DNA of 64,000 nt from Hemiscyllium ocellatum (taxonomy: Eukaryota), in NCBI RefSeq assembly GCF_020745735.1, contig NC_083426.1:12400001-12464000 (forward strand), in the 5' to 3' direction. The notes under the pieces were generated by a model. It did not search any database and was not told where the DNA came from. It saw nothing but the letters and a program-made list of their open reading frames with translations. Made by a program: the position numbers and the translations under genes. The first letter of the stretch is position 1, and every line of letters starts with the position of its first letter. This document shows, in pieces, positions 10,401 through 22,791 of the stretch.

Positions 10401-12234
10401 GAAATGGACACATTGTCTCAACACAGTGTCTCAACGGTTAGCACTGCTGCCTCACAGTCCCCGTGACCTGGGTTCAGTTCAAACCTTGGGTGATTGTCTG
10501 TGTACAGTTTGTATATTCTCCCTGAGTCTGTGTGGGTTTTCTCCAAATGCTACAGTTTTTTCCCATTGTCTACCAATGTGCAGATTAGGTGGAATGGTCA
10601 TGCTGAATTGCCCATAGTCTCCAGGGAGGTATAGTCTCAGTGGGTTAGCCATGGGAAATGTGTGGCTGTAGGAAAGAGTGGGGTTCTGGGTCTGGTGGGA
10701 TGCTCTTCAGATGCATGGTGCAGACCAGATGGGCCAAATGGCCTCTTTCTGCACTGTAGGGATTCAATAATTCTCAGTTACATTCCTCATTGACCATGAA
10801 CCTGCTTGAGGGTTTAATGGAATGGTCCCAAAATGAATGTGTGATCATTTACAATGAGCCATTCACACACAGCATGCTGCAGACAGAAACATATTTAAAA
10901 ATAAAATAATTTTGGGAAGAAATCTATTTTACCAGATTTAAATTTTAATTTCATAAAGTTTTAAAATTATTTAATTCCATTGAACTTAATTTGGATTGTA
11001 ATGTTTGGGATAAAACTTCACATTATTTCAGAATGATCGGTGGATTTGCAGCTTTCTAAATACATTGAGCTGTGAAGCACATTCATTTGAAAGCCTTGCC
11101 TTGTCATTGTGTTTGCGAATATGGCAAGTTGCATTCACATAGCACCTTCAAAGATGCAAAGCTGGAGCAGAGAGATGGAAGAGTGTAAATTGGAAGATTC
11201 AAGGCCAGATTGAATGACGTTGGAATGGTTGGACATGAAACTAATAACATCATGGATGAGGGCTCTGTTGAGCAGGGAGATGGATGGAGTCAGTGGCGAA
11301 GGAAAGGTGAATGTGCTGTGACAGAGACAATGGCTTCAACATTCAGGACTGTCAGGTGTAATTTTATTGAAGTTGTGAAAATGCAGAGACAAGCACAATC
11401 ACAGCCGGTCGGTATGTCAGAGACAGCCCTTAAACTGGATCAATGGGGATGGAGGCATCAACCATCACTATCAATCCCGAGCCGTATGTCTAGCTGTCTC
11501 CTTGGAGAGGTGAACAACTGTCATTCAGACTCAGGCTCAGCACTCACTGTCTGCTGGATATGAGCCACTGGCAAGAAGATTCAGGATGTGGAGGGGCTGC
11601 TGTTGGACTGGGATGAACAAAGCTGAAAATCACACAACACCAGGTTATAGTCCAACAGGTGTATTTGAAAATACAAGCTTTCAGAGCACTACTCCTTTGT
11701 CAGGGAGTCATTGAGGCAGGATACATCGGGCACAGAATTTATAAATAAAAGATCAAAGTATCACACAATGGCTACAATGTATTAGAGAAACCTAGATTGC
11801 TGTTAAGTCTTCAGTCACTTAGAATGAGGCTGCACGTTTCCATTGATTAATATGTAAATCCCAGAATTTCTGTCAAGTCACCGTCCCGATATATCTTCAA
11901 GTTTTATCTGTAAATAAAAAAGTGCCACGTCAACTCAGATAATGCATTGCAGGAATGAGGTTAGAGTCTGTTTCCATCATGGAGTCAGACAGGATTCATT
12001 TTGAAAGAAGGGATTTATAAAATATCAAATTTACTCACTGTCTATAGATTGTGTGTTTTTTGAAGATAATATAAAATATCTGTAAATACAAATTTGCAAA
12101 TGCAATTCATCCCATAGACTTGTATGTGTGTGCGTTTGTGTGTAGTGGGGTGGGAGTTGGCGTGGTGGGGGAGAGAGGCAGATGGAAGATGTGTGTATGT
12201 GGGTGAGGGAGAGAGAGTGAGAGTGAGAATAATA

Positions 12235-15090
12235 GGGTAGTCATGGTAGGGGATTTTAACTTTCCAAACATCGACTGGCACTGCCATCGTGTTAAAGATT
12301 TAGATGTAGAGGAATTTCTTAAGTGTGTACAAGACAATTTTCTGATTCAGTATGTGGATGTACCTACTAGAGAATGTGCAAAACTTGACCTACTCTTGGG
12401 AAATAAGGCAGGGCAGGTGACTGAGGTGTCAGTGGGGAGGCACTTTGGGCCAGGGACCATAATTCTGTTAGTTTTAAAATAGTGATGGAAAAGGATAGAC
12501 CACATCTCAAATTTCGGATTAGTAGTGCTGGAAGAGCACAGCAGTTCAGGCAGCATTCAAAGTGCATCTCAAATTTGACATTCTAAATTGGAGAAAAGCC
12601 AATTTTGACTGTGTTAGGCAAAAACTTTCAAAAGCTGATAGGGGGCAGATGTTTGCAGGTAAAGGGATGGATGGAAAATGGGAAGCCTTCAGAAATGAGA
12701 TAACGAGAGTCCAGAGAATGTATATTCCTGTCAGGGTGAAAGGAAAGGCTGGTAGGTATAGGGAATCCTGGATGACTAAAGATATTGAAAGTTTCATTAA
12801 AGAAAAGAAGGAAGCACATGTCAGGTATAGACAGGATAGAACGAGTGAATCCTGAGAAGAGTATCAAGGCAGTAGAAGTATACTTAAAAGAGAAATCACG
12901 AGGGAAAAAAGGGGAAATGAGATGGCTTTGGCAAATATGTTTAAGAAGAATCCTAAGTGCTTTTACAAATACAGTAAGGACAAAAGGGTAACTAGGGAGA
13001 GAATAGGCCCCCTCAAAGATCAGCAAGGCAGCCTTTGTGTGGAGGTGCAGGAGATGGGGGAGAAACTAATTGCTATTTTGCATCTGTATTTACTGTGGAA
13101 AAGGACGTGTAAATTATAGAATGTAGGGAAACAGATGGTGACATCTTGAAAAATGTCCATATGACAGAGGAGGAAGTGCTGGATGGCTTGAAATGCATAA
13201 GAGTGGATGAATCCCCAGGACCTGATTAGGTGTACCCTAGAACTCTGTGGGAAGCTAGGGAAGTGATTGCTGGGCCTCTTACTGAAGTATTTGTGTCATC
13301 GATAGTCACAGGTAAGGTGCCAGAAGACTGGAGGTTGCCTAACATGGTGCCACTGTTCAAGAAAGGTGGTAAGAACAAGTCAGGAAACCATAGACCAGTG
13401 AGCCTGACGCCAGTGTTGGGCAAGTTGTTGGAAGGAATCCTGAGCGACAGGATGTGCATGTATTTGGAAAGCCAAGGACTAATAAGGGAAAGTCAGCATG
13501 GCTTTTTAGATTAGATTACTTACAGTGTGGAAACAGGCACTTCAAACCAACAAGTCCACACCGACCCGCCGAAGCGCAACCCACACATACCCCTACATTT
13601 ACCCCTTACCTAACACTACGGGCAATTTAGCATGGCCAATTCACCTGACCCACACATCTTTGGACTGTGGGAGGAAACCGGAGCACCCGGAGGAAACCCA
13701 AGCAGACACGGGGAAAACGTGCAAACTCCACACACTCAGTCGCCTGAGTCGGGAATTGAACCCGGGTCTCAGGCGCTGTGAGGCAGCAGTGCTAACCACT
13801 GTGCCACCGTGCCACTTTGTGTGTGGGAAATCATGTCTCACAAACTTGATTGAATTTTTGGAAGAAGTAATAAGGAAAATTGATGAGGGCAGAGCAATAA
13901 ATGTGATCTATATGGACTTCAGTAAGGCTATTGACAAGGTTCCCCATGGAAGATTGGTTAGTAAGGTTAGATCTCACTGAACGCAGGGAGAACAAGCTAT
14001 TTGGATACGGAAGTGAATCAAAGGTAGAAGACAGAGAATGGTGGGGCAGGGTTGTTTTTCAGACTGGAGGCCTCTGGCCAGTGGAGTGTCACAAGGATCA
14101 GTGCTGGGTCCCCTACTTTTCATCATTTATCTCAATGATTAGGATGTGAGCCTAAGAGGTATAGTTCATAATTTTCAGATGACACCAAAATTGGAGGTGG
14201 AGTGGACAGCGAAGAAGCTTACTTCAGATTACAACGGGATCTTGACCAGATGGGCCAATGGCTGATAAGTGGCAGATGGAGTTCAAGTTAGATAAATGTG
14301 AGGTGCTGCATTTTGGGAAAGCAAACCTTAGCAGGATTTATACACTCAATGGTAAGGTCCTAGGGAGTGTTACTAAACAAAGAGACAATGGAGTGCAGAT
14401 TCATAGCTCCTTGAAAGTGGAGTCACAGGTAGATAGGATAGTGAAGAAGGCATTTGGTTTGCTTTCCTTCATTGGTCAGAGTATTGAGTATAGGAGTTGG
14501 GAAGTCATGTTGCGGCTGTACAGGACATTGGTTAGGCCACTGTCTGAATATTACATGCAATTCTGGTCTCCTTCCTATTGGAAAGATGTGAAATTTGAAA
14601 GGGTTCAGAAAAGATTTACAAGGATGTTGCCAGGGTTGGAGGATCTGAGCTACAGGGAGAGGCTGAACAGGCTGGGATTGTTTTCCCTGGAGTGTCGGAG
14701 GCTGAGGGGGTGACCTTATAGAGTTTTACAAAATCATTAGGGGCCTGTATAGGATATATAGACAAGGCCTTTTCTCTGGTATGGGGGAGTCTAGAACTAG
14801 AGGGCATAGGTTTAGGGTGAGAGAGGAAAGATATAAAGTAGACCTAAGGAGCAACTTTATATGCAGTGGCTGGTGCGTGTTTGGAATGAACTGCCAAAGG
14901 AAGGAGTGGAGGCTAGTACAATTGCAACATTTAAAAGGTATCTGGTTGGGTATAGGAATAGGAAGAGTTTGGAAGGATATGGGCCAAGTTCTGGCAGGTA
15001 GGACTAGATTGGACTCAATATCTGGTTGGCATGGACGAGTTGGACCGAAGGGTCTGTTTCCGTGCTGTACATCTCTATGACTCTATAACT
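12235..15090 (+). mobile_element. Degenerate CR1 LINE ORF2 (APE/RT) with 3' tail
   Basis: MVGDFNFPNIDW, NYRPVSLT-like, DFSKAIDKVPH and WQMEFKLDKC fragments. Tail ctctatgactctataactcta. Confidence 0.92.
13506..13815 (-). mobile_element. Young tRNA-derived HE1-like SINE nested in CR1
   Basis: Head gtggcacggtggcacagtggttagc...gggttcaattcc (A and B boxes) and an (aatct)n tail. It splits the CR1 sequence catggcttt|tgtg. Confidence 0.85.
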
Positions 15091-16057
15091 CTACGTGAGG
15101 AACAGTATGACAGTGATCTGGGAATATGTCATTTCCTTTTGCTCTCTGGCACCTCCTCTGTTCTATGAGAGTCCCAGAAAGGCAGATTTGATACTGTATT
15201 TCCGCTTTAGATCAGACTCAGGTTTCTTTGTTTACATATTTATTAATGTATGCAGAGGAGCTGTACATCCCATCAAATGTTGAATAAATCAATTTGTTTG
15301 AATATCAACAATTGTATTTTATTATTTTAACAGATAACAAGGTTCCATCCAATCAAACTATTACACACTAACTCACTTATATCTCTGCCCAACAGCATTT
15401 ACGTTGTCTTCATTCTAGATTAGGACACACGACTATGTTATCCAATGAGATTTAAACAAGGGAATGGACAGAGCGAACAGCCAAGGTGTTTTTCCTCAAT
15501 GGGGGTGTCCAGACCTAGAGGGCAGAGGTTGAAGGTGAGAAGTTAAAAGATTTCAAAAGGACCTGAGGAGTAACTTTTTCACGCAAAGGGAGGGCATGTG
15601 TGTGAAACGATCTGTCAGACGAAATGGTGGAGACTGATGCAATGACAGCATTTAACAGCATGAGGCCACCATGGAGAGAGATTAGGCAGGAACAGAGTAG
15701 GCCATTCAGCCCCTCGAGGGTCCCTCAGCATTCACCTGGATCAGGGCAGATCTTCCACCTGAATACCATTTTACTTGCACTACTGCCATGTCCCTCCATA
15801 TCTTTATTACCCAGAACATTATTGATCTCTGTTTTGAATATACTCAAGGCTGGAGCCTCCAGAGTTCTCGGGGGCAGAGAATTCCAACAAACCATCACCC
15901 TCTGAGTGAAGAAATTCCTGCTCATCTCAGTCCCAAATGGTCAACCCATTCTTCTCAAACTGTGTCTCCTGCTTCGAAACCCCTCCACCCAGGGCCACCT
16001 CATTGATGGGGAACTTAGAGAGCTCAAAATCATTCTTGTAAAGGCCATGATGCTCAC

Positions 16058-16148
16058 CTAATGTTTTTGTGTAAACATTGTGACTGAAACAGAACAAATC
16101 ACCAGGAGAGTGAAGAGTACCCAGCGTATCACATCCCAGACAACGTAA
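16058..16148 (-). CDS. Gene A transmembrane/terminal coding exon, activating type: (S)YVVWDVIRWVLFTLLVICSVSVTMFTQKH*
   Basis: Pyrimidine-rich acceptor ttctgttttacacag. Phase 2 start matches the stalk exon. Hydrophobic helix containing D and R, stop TAG. Confidence 0.88.
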
Positions 16149-17025
16149 CTGTGTAAAACAGAAGAAATACAAAATCATTTGAAGGAAACAAGACTGCTTG
16201 ATGTTTTAAACATTTATCCCCTGTTCACACTGCAGTATATTGTAGCAAAATAAAGCAGCACAGCTGAAATTAATTTACAGTTTCAGTTTTGATTGACTTG
16301 AACAATATATAAAGGCCAAATGTAACAAGTTTCAGTGCCACGTCCTGTCATGCTCAGCATCTTGTTGTCAATGAGGATTATTAGATGTGGATGGATATTT
16401 ACAGGAGCACTGCAGTCTGGTGTAATATTCCAGTGGGTGAGAAGTCTCTTCAGTCAGTGAGGAACTCAGAATAGCATCATCCCACACTGCTCCTGCACCT
16501 TCTAACAGGCAAGGCTTAACCAGCTGGAACCAGACAGCCTCCCACCCTCTCAGTTTGGGAATAATGTTTAACATGAGAGAATGGAGGAGGAGAAGATGTG
16601 AGAGAATGTAATGTCCCTGGCAGTGATACTCCAGACACCCTGGCTCAACAAAATCTATCATTTCTTTGACATATACAACACCATGAGCTTAGAACAATAA
16701 TAAAATGTTTAAACTGGGATGGGGCAAACTGAAAATTGGCATTTCCTGTTATGAATGTCCAATAATGTAAATAACAACATTGTAAATGTTACGACCTGGA
16801 AATTGAACCCCTTTGCTAATTAAAACTAAAGTTAAAACAGTCAGAAAATCTCACCTTCAGCTCACCAATAAGGAAACAAATATAATGGCATTGCATGAAA
16901 TCAGTGACCATTGACATTCTGATAAGTTATCACCTAAAATTGAAACTTATTGCAAGCCTATGCTCAGTCACTTATTCTCACTGGAATCAATGCTGATGGA
17001 AACATTGACAATGAAATTCTTCTAC

Positions 17026-17206
17026 CTTTTACTGACAGACTTGGGTCCTGAAGGTATTCCTGTTGTTGTTGATGATATTGTTGGTGAAGTTGTGGATAAT
17101 AATGTAGTTGATGTTGTTGACGATATTGTAGTTGATGTTGTTGATGATATTGTAGTTGATGTTGTTGGTGATATTGTTGAGGATTTGTCACAAGTATATT
17201 CACTTC
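17026..17206 (-). CDS. Gene A Ser/Thr-rich mucin-like stalk exon: (G)SEYTCDKSSTISPTTSTTISSTTSTTISSTTSTTLLSTTSPTISSTTTGIPSGPKSVSK(S)
   Basis: Acceptor tctcaatag, donor AG|gtagaa. 181 nt, phase 1 to 2. Internal 24-nt repeats. Confidence 0.85.
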
Positions 17207-18175
17207 CTATTGAGACATAAGATAATATTCAGCTTCATCTGAGTCTCAGTGACAGACAACCAAGAGAGCTCTCCTCACCAATGGAACCTCAGGACTTGTT
17301 GTGAATCATGGATTTTGTTGAATTCATTTGTCTCTAACCCCCCCTGTCTGGAGAGATGTGGTAGTGACCGAGTTTGCCTAAAACTTGTATTTTGTTCCTC
17401 ACCCGGACACTGATGCTCCTGTATTTTTATTAAAGCATTTGAAAGCCTGAAGTTGGTGAGACTATATTCCCCTTTCTCATCCTTGTCAAACATAAAAGAA
17501 AGTTCCAGCCACTGAGCTGGTCACTGCTCCTGCTGGACAATGTATTCCTGGGGGATCCAGCAGCCCCTGCTCTGCCCAGTAATATCCTGTGATTGCTGGG
17601 TGAGCTTCCACTGGGACTTTTGCCTCCACTATTGTATTTAGACCCAATGATGTCATCTTTACGTTAGCTCCTGTTACATGAGAACAAGGCGTGGATTTTG
17701 TCGGACTGACAAATCAACAGATATTTACACCAGCATCTGGCGAAACATATCTCACAGCCAGAGACACTTCAGGATCTGGGCTGAAACTAAGGTATTCAAT
17801 TACAAACAGTGACACCTGTCCATCAGCATATCATGCCTGATGTGACCCTGACTAAGATGGAGTCTGACACCATTATCCCCTCAGGTCACATGCTACGATA
17901 TAGAGATGATTTTTATCTATTAAAGGTATAACATACACAAGCTGTGAGATGTAACACAAAGCTGGAGTGAAGCACGCATGCATTTTCTGAAGCTTTATTA
18001 CAATCTTGTCCATTCTCATAAATAAGTTAACACCTTGTTCAAAATTGTTCAAATATCATAGAGACATAATGTGATGAGGTGCAGTTATTTGTAAGTATGA
18101 AAGAAACTTAACCAATGAGCAATTTGAATAAACATTGAATAAATGTGTCAGCCTCAGTGTTTGTAGGAAACTTAC

Positions 18176-18498
18176 CGATGCTGCTGATTTATATCATGGA
18201 ACTCCAGCCCCGCCCTGCTACACTGGGAACTGAGACATGAACCATTTCACTGGGTTTTGTTCCCTGAGTATTTGAGGCTGTGCAGTAATATTGATGATGT
18301 TGCTGTGTGAAGGATTGACAATGTAGATCCAGTTTATTGGTGTCAGAGATCTTTCAATCTTGAGATGGCATCTTCTCAGACCATGCGTAGTGAATGAGGA
18401 GGGATCCCTGGACAGACTCACAGGAGACTGTTACTGAAACCCCAGAAATGAGACATTTGGTTGGGATTAAAATTGAAGCCCAGAAACAGAGATGGCTT
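18176..18498 (-). pseudogene. C2-type Ig pseudo-exon inside gene A
   Basis: Paralog of 22028-22351 with acceptor cacag->caacg, TTA->TAA, a 1-nt deletion, TCA->TGA and a further TAA. Donor gtaagt intact. Confidence 0.9.
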
Positions 18499-18589
18499 CG
18501 TTGGGAAATAAACATTTGTGACAAAACTGACTATAATTGAAAAACCAACAACCCCCAACACCTTGCCCTTCACTATCCCATTCAGTGTC

Positions 18590-20450
18590 ATAGATACATA
18601 TGGCACAGAAATAGACCCTTCAGTTTAATATGTCCGTGCTGAAAACGTTTCTCAAATAAACCAGTCCCACTTGCTTGCATCTGGCACATTTCCCTACAAA
18701 TCTTTCTTATTTATGGATTGATCCAAATGTCTTTTTGATGTTGCAACTGCCCCTTCATCTCCCATGTTCACTGGCATTTCATTCCACATATAAAACACCG
18801 TCTGTATGAAAATATTGTCCCTTAGATTCCTTTCAGATCTGTCTCCTCTCACTGTGAAAACATGACCCCTCACTTGGAACTTTCCCAGTCTCGTGAAAGA
18901 AACCTTTGCTAAACACCTTATCATCTACCCCTCATGATTTTAAAAACCTCGATAAAGTCACCTCCCAACCTCCTCCGCTCCAGGGGAAAAAGTCCCAGCC
19001 TATCCCTATCACTCAAACCCTCCAGTCACAGCAACATCTTAGTAGATCTTTTCTGAAACCTCTTCAATTTAACAATAACCTTCCTGAAGCAGGCTGACTC
19101 GAATTGTACACATGAAACCAAAAGTGGTCTCAGCATCATTCTGTATAAGCTAAACGCAATATTCCAACTCCTACACTCAATGATCTGAGCAATGATAGTA
19201 AGCATGTTAAATACCTTCTTAACCACCCTCTCTACCTGTGATGCAAATATCAAAGATCCCCAGGGTCTCTCTGTTTGACAACACGACCCCAGGCCGTACT
19301 TTTAATTGTGTAACTCTCGTCCTGTTTTGTTTTACCAAAAGGCTATACCCCACATTGAACAAAATAAACTCCATCTGCCAATCCTCAGCGCATTGGCCCA
19401 ATTGATCAAGGTCCCTTTGTAATCATAGATAACTTTTGTCACTGTCAACAATACCACCAATTTTTTGTGTCATTCATAAACTTACGAACCATGCCATCTA
19501 AATTGTCATTCATGTTGTTTATATAATTTACACCGATCGCTGCTGAACACCACTGGTCACAGGCCTCCAATCGAAAAAAATGACCCCCCACCACGCTCTG
19601 TCTCCTGCCATCGAAAAAAATGACCCCCCACCACGCTCTGTCTCCTGCCATCAAGCTAATTTTGTATTCAATTCGCAAGCTCATCCTGAATCCCATGTGA
19701 TCTAACTTTACAAATCACTCCTGAATGTGGAACCTTGTTACTAAAGTCCATGGAGACAACAATTACTGTTCCCCCTCATCAATCTTTTTGCTTACATCCT
19801 GAAAAAAATGGAACCAAGTTTGTAATGCACGACTTCCCACACACTATCCCGAATTAGTTCTTGCCTCTCCAAATATATGTCAATCCAATCTTTAAAAACC
19901 CCCTCCAACAACTGTCCAAAGATGTGCAGGCTAGGTGAATTGGACGTGATAAATTGCCCCATTGTTTTCAGGGTTGCACAGCTTAGGTGCGTTAGACAGG
20001 AGAAATGTTTCTGTGTAGGATGCTCGTTGGAGGGTTGGTGTGGAAATGTTGGGCCGAATGGCCTGTTTCACATTGTACGGAATCTGTCATTCTATGATTC
20101 TCACTTACCTGCCACTGATATCAGACTCACAGATATGTAATTCCCAGGCTTCTCCACACAGCCTTTCCTACATAAAGGGATAACGTTATCCACCCTTACA
20201 TCCTCCAGCACCTCACCCGTGACTGTGGATGAGACAAATAGCGACGCTAGGGGGACCCACAGTTTCTTCCCTAATTTCCACACTGTCCTGGGATGCACTT
20301 GATCAGGTCCTGGAGATTTCTCTTTTAAGATTTTCAGGACTTCCTCTTTCTGTAATGTGGACCGTTTTCATGACATCAATGTTCATTTCCCTGAATTCCC
20401 TAACCTCCATGTCTTTCTCCACAATAAAATATTTGAAATATTTGTTGAGT
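18590..20450 (-). mobile_element. Old degenerate CR1 LINE shared by the receptor introns
   Basis: CR1 RT/3' sequence on the minus strand. Paralogous segments at ~40880-42240 and ~44845-45520. Confidence 0.8.
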
Positions 20451-22027
20451 ATCTCTCCCATCTTCTGTGGTTGCACACAATGACGATCCTGGTTATTTTT
20501 ATTCCTGAATCTGAGAGTTGGTGTGTTCCATTGGGGTTTGTTAAAGGGTTTGGGCTGGTAACTACAACCCAGATATCCCACTTGTTTAAAACCACGGGTT
20601 TCACATGGAGCTGTCACTTGTCGACATAGACAGTGGTCACTTCCATCCTCTTGAGATGGTTTTCTGATCTTGCAGGAATAATGGCAAACCTCATCTAAAG
20701 ACACATAACCCACCAAAGATTTTCCATCAACTGAACCGTAAGGATCCATGAGGTAGACAGATGAAGTTCCCCATCTCCAAGGGGTACACAGGCAATACGG
20801 CTTGGGTGTGTTTTATGTGAATTATTTCTGCAACAAATAAACTTTTAATTCTCTATCTTTTGGTCTTTAATGGCTAGATTTTGTTGTCCATTCCTAATTA
20901 CACCTGACTGAGTGACTTTCTAAAGCTTTTGTAGAGGGCAGTCTAAGAACAAACCACATTGCTGGAGGCCCATGTGGAGCAGACCTGGAAAAGGCTAGAG
21001 ATTTCCTTCCCTAAAGAACATCAATGAATCAGATGGGTTTTGGTACATTTCAGGATCTGAGGAGATGGAAACGAACAGTTGGAATGCAACAATATCTCAA
21101 ACTTAAATTGCAACAGCCAAATAGCATTGAAATAATTCTCTCAAAAGTCTGATTGTTTTTAGTAACATTGATGGAGGAATGAATGCTTGCTCAGACACTA
21201 GGAGACCTCCATTCTGTAAATAGTTTACGAAGGGTGCCATTCCTAAATGGGGAACAGGTTCTCAGTTTATCGCCTCATCGACACTGTCTCACCTGCCACA
21301 GCACAGCATTACTTCTCTCTGCTGGGCAGTGGGATCCAGCTGAATTTTAACCCCGAAGGGGAACTGGAACCCCCAACATGCTGGCATCAAAAGTGAGAGT
21401 GCAGCCACATGAGCTGCTGCTGATGATTCCAAATACAGTTCCCGTGTGTCACTTCGACTTGATGCTGACTTGCTTCTTCTCTTACAGCTCAAACAGATCA
21501 GATCAGGAAATGGCTGCAGGCAATATTTACATATACAGAGGACCCTTGATAATCCAAATGACTCGGAAGGGAATGTTTTGTCTGGATAATCGAATGTTTG
21601 GATAATACAGTTCACCAAAGCATCCGGACCTTGAGAATCTGGTTGGATAACCAGAAATTTGTATCATCGATGTTCAGATAATCGAGGTTTCTCTGTATTT
21701 CATTTGTGCAACTGATCTCCAATCTGTCCCCAATATTTGTCCTAAATCTGCACACAACAGTCACTGACTGAATTTAATAATTTTTTTTGTAAGATAAATG
21801 CAAATTGTTTGACAATCAAATGCTATTTTAATTTGCTGGGATCATTGGAGATGTTGCAATGTCTCTCTATGCTATGGGTAGGATTTTATGTACTTGCTCA
21901 TTTTCCAAGTATAGGGCAAGCCATTGGCTTTGTTCAGAACTGACAATGAAAACAAATGGAGTGCATTTTATCAATTACAGTTTCCCAGAGTGAAATGATA
22001 AACAAACATTGTTTACATCACACTTAC

Positions 22028-22351
22028 CAATGCTGTTGATCTGTATCCTATAACTGCAGTTCTTCTCTCTTACATTGTTGACTGACACATGAACAATTTC
22101 ACTGGGTTTTGTTCCCTGAGTATTTGAGGCTGTGCAGTAATATTGATGATGTTGCTGTGTGAAGGATTGACAATGTAGATCCAGTTTATTGGTGTCAGAG
22201 ATCTTTGAATCTTGTGATGGCATCTTCTCAGACCATGCGTAGTGAATGGGGAGGGATCCCTGGGCAGACTCACAGGAGACTGTCACTGAACCCCCAGAAC
22301 ATGAGATAATTGGTTGGGATAAAAATCGAAGCCCAGGGACAGAGATGGCTT
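22028..22351 (-). CDS. Gene A C2-type Ig exon: (E)AISVPGLRFLSQPIISCSGGSVTVSCESAQGSLPIHYAW...YYCTASNTQGTKPSEIVHVSVNNVREKNCSYRIQINSI(G)
   Basis: Acceptor ttctttcccacag, donor G|gtaagt. 324 nt, phase 1-1. Ig C..W..YxC pattern. Confidence 0.92.
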
Positions 22352-22482
22352 CTGTGGGAAAGAAACAATTATTCTATGAGAAAATTCAAATGTTCCTCAA
22401 CACTCTGTCATTTTTCTTCCTGGATAAAACACTGATCAGACATATCAGCAGAGAGTAATTTAAAACGAAGTGAGTCATGTAC

Positions 22483-22791
22483 CATCAGAAATGTGCAGAT
22501 TTACATTAAACATCGGGTCATAGCCAGAAGTCTCGATCCCACAGCTGTACCATCCTGCATCTCCCCGTTGAAGATTTGTGATTGTGACAAGAAATATTCC
22601 TTGTGTTTTGTTGTCAGTGATTGATATTCTCCCATTTGGTCCATTTGTCGTTGCTCTAACCTCACACAAACGAGTCCATCCGAGACACCAATATTTCATG
22701 TGTGACTGGTACCACCGTGCTTCGTAGTGACAAGATATTGTGATCGCTCTTCCCAAAATTCCCGTTACATCTTTCTCTGCCCATAAAGCAC
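22483..22791 (-). CDS. Gene A V-type Ig exon (pIgR/CD300-like): (G)ALWAEKDVTGILGRAITISCHY...KYWCLGWTRLC...DAGWYSCGIE...LHISD(G)
   Basis: Acceptor cagtttcag, donor G|gtacat. 309 nt, phase 1-1. KYWC-x6-C extra cysteine pair and DxGxYxC motif. Confidence 0.93.

Larger units (their letters stand above)
5681..14100. repeat. Segmental duplicate of 55987-64000 (leader plus upstream region)
   Basis: Colinear with the right end of the window and with ~22950-30200. Confidence 0.88.

Noticed and set aside
13740-13815. tRNA gene
   Set aside because: tRNA-derived SINE head continuing into a SINE body and tail.
17015-17030. Secreted isoform by stalk-intron retention (AAA AGG TAG)
   Set aside because: The immediate stop is real, but I found no clear polyadenylation signal nearby. 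It cannot be supported without RNA data.
16960-17220. Gln/His-rich (-) and Val/Asp-rich (+) ORFs
   Set aside because: Alternative frames and antisense of the Ser/Thr stalk exon. Splice phases select the STT frame.
19570-19649. 40-bp direct duplication
   Set aside because: Local slippage inside a dead CR1, single copy at the paralog (~41575). No functional signal.
21289-21618. ORF ending at a GTGAG donor, duplicated at 50038-50241, as a possible exon
   Set aside because: Its open frame is phase 0 to 2 and does not fit the phase 1 neighbours. No recognisable domain. Conservation is explained by duplication.
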